The position numbers and the translations under genes are program-made. Below are positions 25,606 through 32,000 of a DNA stretch of 32,000 nucleotides, piece after piece (the stretch's first letter is position 1; each line of letters starts with the position of its first letter). Location: NCBI GenBank assembly GCA_025839675.1, contig CP104013.1, forward strand, positions 5,430,001 to 5,462,000, written 5' to 3'. The notes beneath the pieces are model-generated. The model ran no database searches. It saw nothing but the letters and a program-made list of their open reading frames with translations, and had not been told where the DNA came from. This stretch comes from Candidatus Lokiarchaeum ossiferum (GTDB taxonomy: Archaea; Asgardarchaeota; Lokiarchaeia; Sigyniarchaeales; Promethearchaeaceae).

Positions 25606-26304
25606 ATGAAAATGTTTGATAAAATAGCATCGGATTGGGCACGAAAACGTCAAAAGCCTTGGAAACCCCTTGTAATACTTCTAGATAAATGTGTGCCTAT
25701 TTGGCATCAAAATTTTTATCATTCGATAGCCAGAAATCATTGTCTTTTTATTGATCTTGGCGCTGGATCAGGAAGGCATTCCAATTATTTCCTTCAGTTT
25801 TGTTCTCGGCTTATTGATTTAGATCAATCAAGAGAAATGCTTCAAAAAAATTCCACAAATTCATTGAAAATTCAAGCCCATATGGACAATTTACCCTTCC
25901 GTGAGCAGAAATTTGATGGTATTTGTTCAATTGCAGCTCTTCATCATGTCAAGGGAATATCAAATCGAAAGAAAGTAATCGATGAAATTAATCGAATAGG
26001 TTTACCCAATTCTCTTGTTTGTATAACCGTTTGGCGTTTTTATCAGAAAAGATTTCTTGACGCTTTCATTTCTCAGCTTAAAATGGCCATGAATGGAGAT
26101 TTAGATCATGAAATCGGGGATATAATGATTCCTTGGACTATTTCACAGAAAGGCCAAAATTTGACCATTAAAAGATTTTATCACCTTTATAGATCTACTG
26201 AATTTAGTCAATTAGTCCGAAAATTTTACCGTCTTCAAAAAGGGGTCATGGGAAATAATAATCAAAAAACAAACTTCTACTTCATTGGGATTATTCCTCA
26301 ATAA
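25606..26304 (+). CDS. Trm9-like class I SAM-dependent methyltransferase (probable tRNA wobble-uridine carboxymethyl methyltransferase)
   Basis: Collinear matches to Trm9/ALKBH8-MT motifs: FDKIASDWARKRQKPWKP (vs VYxxIAxHFSxTRYKPWP), SAM motif I IDLGAGSGR, SIAALHH, ITVW, DIMIPW and KRFYHLYRSTEF (vs RYYHLYREGEL). ATG 25606 is chosen because the 25528 start would overlap the divergent gene. Confidence 0.6.
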   Translation: MKMFDKIASDWARKRQKPWKPLVILLDKCVPIWHQNFYHSIARNHCLFIDLGAGSGRHSNYFLQFCSRLIDLDQSREMLQKNSTNSLKIQAHMDNLPFREQKFDGICSIAALHHVKGISNRKKVIDEINRIGLPNSLVCITVWRFYQKRFLDAFISQLKMAMNGDLDHEIGDIMIPWTISQKGQNLTIKRFYHLYRSTEFSQLVRKFYRLQKGVMGNNNQKTNFYFIGIIPQ

Positions 26305-26357
26305 TTCATTTTTCTATTTTGAGAACATATTTACGATCGCATCATTGATCACTTATT

Positions 26358-26558
26358 ATGTCTAAATGTACAAACTGTGGAGCTGAGCTTAGAAGTACTG
26401 AAGGGTTTTGTCAAGAATGTGGAACGACTATTAAAGCGGGAAAAACACGTTCTAAAAGAAATTCGGGAACAAAACTCACTTTCGGTTTTTGGTTAAATTT
26501 GATAATTGCAGCTGGAATTGCCGCCGGATTTTTTTATTTAATTTGGCGTTTCCGTTAA
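26358..26558 (+). CDS. Small zinc-ribbon protein with a C-terminal TM anchor
   Basis: 66 aa. It has CTNCGAEL...FCQECGT followed by the hydrophobic helix FGFWLNLIIAAGIAAGFFYLIW. Confidence 0.55.
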   Translation: MSKCTNCGAELRSTEGFCQECGTTIKAGKTRSKRNSGTKLTFGFWLNLIIAAGIAAGFFYLIWRFR

Positions 26559-26598
26559 AAATGGACAAAAATTTTGAAAAAATTATTCATGGGGGTTT

Positions 26599-27102
26599 TT
26601 AGGAACCATGGCATTGAAGGGAGTCCATTATATCTAGTATTGTTTTTTCATAAGTAGGAAAGACATTACCCAAACAAATAGCATGAATTTCAAAAAGACG
26701 ATGGGTTAATTCGCAGAAAATGATCCCGTGCATTATTTTTGATCCATAAAATCTTCGATGCATTACTTGCTGTCGATTTCCCCACCAAATTGTCATTTCA
26801 TGGCTCAAATGCCATTTATTTTCTTTTTTCGTGGCGATTACTTCAATTTCTCCAAACATTCTGATTGTTTCTTTAACTTTTAACCCTTGATGGTATTGGG
26901 CTGGTTCAACTTCTTCCCAAGAAATTTGCACTTTCGCTTCAGGTCCCCAAACCTCATCCGCACTTTTGATAGAAGAAAAATTTATGAGTCCCTTTGTTTT
27001 ATCTCCTTCTTCGAGAACATTTGCTGTTGAAAATAAATTTGATATTCGATTTATTTGAATACGTGTATTTTCATTAAGATATTTCCAAGTTTCTTTAGCC
27101 AT
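26599..27102 (-). CDS. Hypothetical protein
   Basis: 167-aa ORF with an ATG start. No motif recognised. Confidence 0.45.
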   Translation of the reverse strand: MAKETWKYLNENTRIQINRISNLFSTANVLEEGDKTKGLINFSSIKSADEVWGPEAKVQISWEEVEPAQYHQGLKVKETIRMFGEIEVIATKKENKWHLSHEMTIWWGNRQQVMHRRFYGSKIMHGIIFCELTHRLFEIHAICLGNVFPTYEKTILDIMDSLQCHGS

Positions 27103-27187
27103 TTTTATTAGTCAACATATTTATTTTTATCTACTGTCCTAAAAATGCTTGGCTTTAGAATTATTATTAAAAAAATAGCAAAATTTG

Positions 27188-27197
27188 AAAAAAAAAA
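27188..27197 (-). terminator. U10 tract downstream of the eL13-like gene
   Basis: The plus strand has A10 at 27188-27197, 46 nt beyond the stop at 27243 (minus sense). Confidence 0.4.
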
Positions 27198-27242
27198 TTG
27201 ATCTGAAATGGAAAGCCTTGGGAATCAAAGGAATTAAAAACT

Positions 27243-27686
27243 TTATTTTAACATTGCCAAAAGATCTGCTTTCTTCAGCTTGGTAAGAGATGCTTCAGTT
27301 TCTTGGGAAATCTTTTGGGATAAAATGTAGTCAATAATTTCAGCCTTTTTGTTTTTCATTGTAGGAACTTCTACAGAAGGGGTAGCAACTTCGATCTTTT
27401 TTGGTGTATCTTGCACTTTTTTTATCGGCTCTTCTTTTTTGATAACTTTCTTCTTAGGTTGCTCAATCTTCTTGTTTGCTGGTGATTTTGTTTCTTTCTT
27501 CGATACCATTATGCCTTTAAAACCTTTAGGCATTTTTATTTCTAAAGATTTCAAAATTGTAACATTTTCTTCAAAACAGCTTTTTCGTCGTTTATCTATG
27601 CACAAGTCATTCTTCTGAGCGACTGTCATATTTAATCCTGCGGATTGTAATTCCTTTCGAGAAAAGGAAGGTAATTCTGTGGTCAT
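27243..27686 (-). CDS. Protein with an N-terminal ribosomal protein eL13 (L13e)-like domain and a lysine-rich extension
   Basis: The N-terminus FSRKELQSAGLNMTVAQKNDLCIDKRRKSCFEENVTILKSL is collinear with the eukaryotic eL13 core [45 protein letters not shown] (FS-x2-EL-x2-AG-[IL]...A...[IV]D-x-RR...NV-x2-LK). A K/E/P-rich stretch of about 90 aa follows. Confidence 0.5.
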   Translation of the reverse strand: MTTELPSFSRKELQSAGLNMTVAQKNDLCIDKRRKSCFEENVTILKSLEIKMPKGFKGIMVSKKETKSPANKKIEQPKKKVIKKEEPIKKVQDTPKKIEVATPSVEVPTMKNKKAEIIDYILSQKISQETEASLTKLKKADLLAMLK

Positions 27687-27819
27687 ATGTTATGAAAGAG
27701 ATCATTACACTAAAATTTTATCATATAATAAATGAAACGTACTAATTTTCTACATAATCTTCCGTTTGAAAGCAAAATCACCCCAAAGATTAATTTAGTA
27801 ATATTTTTATTGAAATATT

Positions 27820-29115
27820 GTGCAGAAAAAAAAAATTCATGCTCTTACTTCTATTTTATTATTCATTTTGCCCCTATTTCTTACTACTAATAATTTAGAT
27901 GTCGGGAATGCATTATTTCAAAGAGATGATGTGCCCAATGATTCCTTAAATTTAAAAATGAATTACTCAATTGATTATTCCACAACTAATCCTTCCATTT
28001 TTAAACTTTGGAATGTAGTTATCAATTCTTGGACTTCAAATGATTCTGAAGATTCTATTAGTTTTCAAGAAAACGTTATTTTCAATAATCGAAGTTCTGC
28101 AGAATATTCTGTTCATAGTTTTGATGCTTTTGATATTTATAATAATTCTTATGACTATTATGAACAAGAAATGGAAAATCAAGAGTTTTTAAATTCATTT
28201 CATCTTGAATATCTTTCAAATATGACACTTCAATCTTATTCATGGAATATTCCAGAATCTATAAAGTTAAATGACTATAACACATCTTCTTCATTATATC
28301 AATTTTATACATCTTCTCAACCTTATTGTGAAGCAAACGATACATCTATTATCTCAAAAGCAGAAGAATTGAAAGGTAGCGAAACCTCTTTGGTTTCTAT
28401 TGCTCAAAAAATATTTCTCTATTTGTGTTCGGAAATGACCTATGTTCTTTTAGATGATCCCATCGGAGCAAAAAACGCCTTAAAATCGATGAAAGGGGAT
28501 TGTTCTGAATTTTCTTCTTTAATGGTTGCATTATTACGTGCTTCTGGTATTCCTGCTCGAAAAGTCTTAGGTTTTGCTCTGATTGATGGAGATATTAACA
28601 ATGCTCAACCAAAAAATGATATAAAAGTGGGGGATACATGGTCTTATTCTTATTCAGATCAAAATATTCCAGGTCATGCTTGGGTTCAATATTATGTCCC
28701 GGGGTATGGTTGGATTTCTGCAGATCCTACGTGGGGGCACAGTAATTATGAAAATGGGGCAGAAAATGCATTATTATATTTTAATTCAATTGATTGTGTT
28801 CATATTATAACAACAATCGGAGATTTCTACGGTGAAGGAATTGATCCGGAACTTCTTATATTTGACCGCGATCAATCTGGTATTCCAGAATTTCCTTTTG
28901 TTTATCCCATTGGTAACGCAAGTGCGTTCAATTTTGATTTGAGTATTTCCTTTTATGCTTATAATTTTTCAAAACCCATAGTAAATGATTTTTCTGGGTT
29001 GGGAAATCTCCTTTATCTTGTTTCGTCTTCCTCGCTAATTCTCGTAATCATTCTCATTGTTTATAATAAGCGTAAGAAGAAAAAAAATTATGCCACCTAT
29101 TATAAAAATATTTAA
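27820..29115 (+). CDS. Transglutaminase-like (papain-fold Cys-His-Asp) surface protein with an N-terminal signal/anchor and a C-terminal TM anchor
   Basis: 431 aa. Catalytic core: GDCSEFSSLMVALLRASGIPAR ... GHAWVQYYVPGYGWISADPT. There is a hydrophobic N-terminus, many N-x-S/T sequons, and a C-terminal hydrophobic helix followed by KRKKKK. GTG start. Confidence 0.8.
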   Translation: MQKKKIHALTSILLFILPLFLTTNNLDVGNALFQRDDVPNDSLNLKMNYSIDYSTTNPSIFKLWNVVINSWTSNDSEDSISFQENVIFNNRSSAEYSVHSFDAFDIYNNSYDYYEQEMENQEFLNSFHLEYLSNMTLQSYSWNIPESIKLNDYNTSSSLYQFYTSSQPYCEANDTSIISKAEELKGSETSLVSIAQKIFLYLCSEMTYVLLDDPIGAKNALKSMKGDCSEFSSLMVALLRASGIPARKVLGFALIDGDINNAQPKNDIKVGDTWSYSYSDQNIPGHAWVQYYVPGYGWISADPTWGHSNYENGAENALLYFNSIDCVHIITTIGDFYGEGIDPELLIFDRDQSGIPEFPFVYPIGNASAFNFDLSISFYAYNFSKPIVNDFSGLGNLLYLVSSSSLILVIILIVYNKRKKKKNYATYYKNI

Positions 29116-29167
29116 AGAAGAAGAGGTAACATAGAATTATTCAACAATCTAACTGTGAGGTAAAATC

Positions 29168-29824
29168 TTGGTCCGCATAAATATGTCTGGTGAGTTATTT
29201 TGGAAGATAGTTTTTTATGGAAGTGCAGGAACAGGAAAAACTACCATTATTGATACTTTACATAGAAAGACACTCGAAAATCCGGATTATAATCTCGAAC
29301 CCACCGGTCAAGTCACAAAAATTGCGAAAGCTAGTGGGGCCACGTTGTATTTTGATAGAGGCATTTTTCAATCCAGAATTCAAACAAATATTTTTTATCA
29401 CATTTTCACAGTAGCTGGACAGGAAAATTTAGCTCCTTTACGAAAGAAAATTCTCGATGGTGTTGATGCCATCGCTTTTGTTTTTGACGGGCAAAGATCA
29501 ATGTTAGACCGTAATCTAAAATCTCTTGATGAATTGAAAGAAACTTTGGGTCCCGCACTTATCCATGATATCCCAGTACTTATTTTAATCAATAAACAAG
29601 ATCTTCCCGATTCATTGAAACAAGAAGATGTATTTGAGATATTTTCTCGTCCAAATTTTCCTATATCTCAAAAAGAACTAGAACATCAAAATTTTGTAGG
29701 GTTCTTTGAAACTTGCGCACTTTATTCAAAGGAAATGAATATTTGTTCGAGTTTTATTGAATTAATTGAACAATTGTCTACGGACCCAAAATTGATCCCT
29801 AAACATCTAATCCAAAAAATTTAA
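29168..29824 (+). CDS. MglA-type small GTPase (Ras superfamily)
   Basis: G1 is YGSAGTGKTT. G3 is TVAGQE, with Thr in place of the usual Asp, as in MglA (TxxGQ). G4 is NKQD. ATLYFD and VDAIAFVFD blocks are as in MglA. GAGGT lies 6 nt upstream of TTG 29168 (alternative ATG 29183). Confidence 0.75.
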   Translation: MVRINMSGELFWKIVFYGSAGTGKTTIIDTLHRKTLENPDYNLEPTGQVTKIAKASGATLYFDRGIFQSRIQTNIFYHIFTVAGQENLAPLRKKILDGVDAIAFVFDGQRSMLDRNLKSLDELKETLGPALIHDIPVLILINKQDLPDSLKQEDVFEIFSRPNFPISQKELEHQNFVGFFETCALYSKEMNICSSFIELIEQLSTDPKLIPKHLIQKI

Positions 29825-29831
29825 TCTTCCC

Positions 29832-29846
29832 AGTGTTATTAACACT
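29832..29846. terminator. Short inverted repeat between the convergent GTPase genes
   Basis: agtgtt-att-aacact sits in the 27-nt gap between the stops at 29824 and 29852. It could act as a bidirectional hairpin. Weak. Confidence 0.25.
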
Positions 29847-29851
29847 ATAGA

Positions 29852-31255
29852 TTATAAATAGGTTTCAATCAATGAATTGATTCGATTTTTGAATTCTGGC
29901 ATCAATTGATTTATATTGTTAATTTCAGTATCTTGATTTCTTAATAAACACAAAAGATAGACATCAATGTTATTCAAAGGTAGCTTGTAGAAAGTAATGA
30001 TATCATTGTCCATCTGCCACGTGGCTGTATTATGTTTAAGTAATCGGAACTCAGAAAATGTTTTAAACAAATTTTGAAAATGAGGTGCGGACATTTCTGA
30101 AACTTGACTGGAAACTTTATTTGTCGAGAAATCAGAAAGAATTACACTATTCTCATTGATTAATAAGAGTGCTTGAGCATTAATTTCCTGTGCAAACCAT
30201 TTCAATTGTTCGCGCAAAATCTCCCTATTTGGGGACATGAGCGAAATCCCTTCTGAAAAAGACTTATTGAGACTATAAGCGTTAAAGATTGATGTGTTAA
30301 AAAATTTGACTCGAAAATCCTTGGAATTTTCAAGTATTCGATTTTTAAGCAATTCAATTTTTTTTGTTAACTCATGATCTTCTTTGATATCAGGATCAGC
30401 TTTGTGAAAATTAACAACAATTGGTGGGTGTTGTTTAAAGGATCGAAATATATTTAAAATTTGAAAGAGAAATTCTAAGGCTTCCACATAACGCGTTTCA
30501 TCTCTGATATCAATTAAAAAATTTAATAAATTGGTATCGAAGAGATAAAGATCGGCTTGTTTCAGAAAATTCTGCCGGTATTTTAGCTGTCCGCCCACAT
30601 CCCATTCGAGTAAACTTTGCCCCAACATTTGATCTTGGGAACGTTCGATTCCTTTAGTGGGCTTTATTCCTGTTAGTTCACTATATCGTTGCTTAATAGC
30701 TCTTAGATAACTTGTCTTTCCGCTCGCATCCAAACCAGTAAATAATAATTTCAATTTTCGTGCATTGCTTATCGGTGAATTTACGTTTGAAACAAATTTA
30801 TCCACTTTTTCTAAAAGTTCCACCATAAATTCTTTTGAATCTTTTAGATAATTATCATGAGTTATTTTATCTGCTGTTTCTGAGAAATATATTGATAAAT
30901 CCTTCATATTCTCATATAAGAACGCTGCATGATTTTCATCAACAAGAATTGAAATTGTGGAGGCTTTTGCTTGGCCGCGAGCTTCCTTATCGTGGATAAG
31001 GAAGAAATATGTTAATCCGGTGAGACATAAATCTGGAAATGGTAAGATACCGAAATATTTGATGGAATCAAAAACTTGCCCTTCTTGGTAGATTTGTTCT
31101 CCCATGAGAAGTGAAATAGTTTTCATTGAAATGTTGATCTTATGGATTTCTGACATGTCTTCTGGAAAAGTTACCACGGGGGTGGGACCTTCATACTCAA
31201 AGACGGCAAAAATCAAACCCTTTATTATATTCGTTAACGATATTGCAGTTCCCAA
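29852..31255 (-). CDS. Multidomain GTPase: N-terminal longin-like domain, Arf/Arl-like GTPase domain, C-terminal roadblock-like domain
   Basis: 467 aa. The central domain carries Arf-family signatures: G1 GLDASGKT (Arf: GLDAAGKT), PTKG, and G3 WDVGGQ (identical to Arf). G4 is degenerate (FHKAD). The N-terminal ~130 aa (LIFAVFEYEGPTPVVTFPED...YFGILPFPD...) and C-terminal ~130 aa have alternating beta/alpha patterns suggestive of longin and roadblock folds; that is an inference. TTG start with GAGGGG 6 nt upstream. Confidence 0.7.
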   Translation of the reverse strand: MGTAISLTNIIKGLIFAVFEYEGPTPVVTFPEDMSEIHKINISMKTISLLMGEQIYQEGQVFDSIKYFGILPFPDLCLTGLTYFFLIHDKEARGQAKASTISILVDENHAAFLYENMKDLSIYFSETADKITHDNYLKDSKEFMVELLEKVDKFVSNVNSPISNARKLKLLFTGLDASGKTSYLRAIKQRYSELTGIKPTKGIERSQDQMLGQSLLEWDVGGQLKYRQNFLKQADLYLFDTNLLNFLIDIRDETRYVEALEFLFQILNIFRSFKQHPPIVVNFHKADPDIKEDHELTKKIELLKNRILENSKDFRVKFFNTSIFNAYSLNKSFSEGISLMSPNREILREQLKWFAQEINAQALLLINENSVILSDFSTNKVSSQVSEMSAPHFQNLFKTFSEFRLLKHNTATWQMDNDIITFYKLPLNNIDVYLLCLLRNQDTEINNINQLMPEFKNRINSLIETYL

Positions 31256-31337
31256 TATTACCCCTCAACATTTCAATCTAGAAAATGATCTATGTATCAC
31301 ATTATATTTCCTTCTATTTTATTTTATTTGTATCAAT

Positions 31338-32000
31338 ATGTCAGATGTTGATCGATTATTGAAGGATTTAATTAAGAATCTATACCTTTTATACGAGTTT
31401 GAGAAACCTTCCAATTATCCTATAAATTTTGATTCGGGTTTATCACTCTTAGACACACCTACGAAAGAAAAAAAGAATGAAATATCGAAAAAAAACTCTC
31501 GTAACTTTCAATTGAAGAAACAAACTTCCTCACAAAGCCAAATAAAATTTCAAAAAAGTATGATTCAAAAATTGATGGATAATACTTATAGATTTGTCCC
31601 TGAAAATCGCATCTTTAAGAATTATTTTCACTGTTTTCAATATGTTTCCACGAAGTACTCTATGGAGTCAATCATTGATTCATTTTCTTGGCAAGAATTT
31701 GAAAAATTCATTGTGACTGCTTTAAATCATTATGGTTTTCATGCTTTTCGGACATTTCGGTATACTATCAATGAAAAACGCCACGAAGTGGATATTATCG
31801 CACGTGAAAACCGCAAAATTCTATTTATTGATGCAAAACATTGGAGTTCCCGTACTGTGAATATGGGTGCTTTGAAAAAAGCAGCAGTAGATCAAAAATT
31901 GCGTGCTTTAAATCTAATCACTGATAGGGTTTTATGCGGGAAATTACTTGAAAACTTGCAATATTTACCTCAATCTAAATTTAGATCCTTCCAAATTTTT
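31338..32000 (+). CDS. PD-(D/E)xK restriction-endonuclease-like (Mrr-cat type) domain protein; the 3' end runs off the window
   Basis: It is absent from the ORF track because there is no stop in the window. My translation from ATG 31338 is open for 221 codons. The C-terminal part, SWQEFEKFIVTALNHYGFHAF...HEVDIIARENRKILFIDAKHW, matches the Mrr-like nuclease pattern (W-x-EFE...G...D-[IV]-x-A...[DE]-x-K). Confidence 0.55.
   Translation, partial: MSDVDRLLKDLIKNLYLLYEFEKPSNYPINFDSGLSLLDTPTKEKKNEISKKNSRNFQLKKQTSSQSQIKFQKSMIQKLMDNTYRFVPENRIFKNYFHCFQYVSTKYSMESIIDSFSWQEFEKFIVTALNHYGFHAFRTFRYTINEKRHEVDIIARENRKILFIDAKHWSSRTVNMGALKKAAVDQKLRALNLITDRVLCGKLLENLQYLPQSKFRSFQIF

Noticed and set aside
26358-26558. 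66-aa zinc-ribbon protein as the Trm112 activator of the adjacent Trm9-like methyltransferase
   Set aside because: It has a C-terminal transmembrane helix and a CxxC...CxxC double-knuckle of the generic zinc_ribbon type. Trm112 is soluble with a different layout. Adjacency alone is insufficient.
27243-27290. SAP/HeH-like DNA-binding motif at the C-terminus of the eL13-like protein (LTKLKKADLLAMLK)
   Set aside because: Only a single helix-length match is present before the stop codon. A complete SAP or HeH motif needs two helices and a conserved Gly-containing turn.
1-32000. Genome-wide reassignment of UGA (for example to Trp or Gly) as the explanation for the in-frame TGAs
   Set aside because: TGA serves as a sensible terminator for the ORFs ending at 14419, 21842 and 16311 (minus). 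In-frame TGAs occur only in the two redox genes, at Cys sites.
1-32000. CRISPR arrays, transposases/IS elements, integrases, prophage genes, rRNA genes
   Set aside because: I saw no regularly spaced direct repeats, no transposase- or integrase-like ORFs and no GC-rich structured-RNA islands while reading both strands. Gene content is chromosomal and housekeeping plus lineage-specific signalling proteins.

Overview
This is an AT-rich archaeal chromosomal segment of about 31 tightly packed genes on both strands. I found no tRNA or rRNA gene, CRISPR array or transposase. All homology calls rest on motif recognition from memory and the supplied ORF track; nothing was searched.

Housekeeping genes I recognise: ileS, purD, xth, a PGM/PMM-family mutase, a PfkB sugar kinase, an iron-sulfur flavoprotein, an NreA-type repair protein, a Trm9-like methyltransferase and a YciI-like protein.

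The clearest unusual feature is a two-gene operon on the minus strand, hdrA-vhuD (478..2979). The ORF track splits it into fragments because it carries five in-frame TGA codons. Each TGA sits exactly where HdrA or MvhD normally has a conserved cysteine, so both are best read as multi-selenocysteine proteins. Between the vhuD stop and an oligo-U terminator, the 3' UTR folds into a compact nested structure with two hairpins, each preceded by GAUGAA. This is a strong SECIS candidate.

The window also encodes eukaryote-like signalling and trafficking proteins: a longin-like / Arf-like GTPase / roadblock-like fusion, an MglA-type GTPase that may be co-transcribed with a transglutaminase-like surface protein, and an eL13-like protein. 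Taken together, this content suggests an Asgard (Loki-type) archaeon, but that is an inference.

Other points worth follow-up:
- A previously unrecognised (to me) CPTC...CxH zinc module shared by a 7TM membrane protein and a soluble protein with a possible C-terminal DNA-binding domain.
- Tandem paralogous ParB/Srx-like (DGHHR) genes next to nreA.
- A lysine-rich insertion of about 57 aa in IleRS.
- A nested inverted-repeat element in the long ileS upstream region.
- A 30-bp-spaced direct repeat upstream of a ribbon-helix-helix regulator gene.
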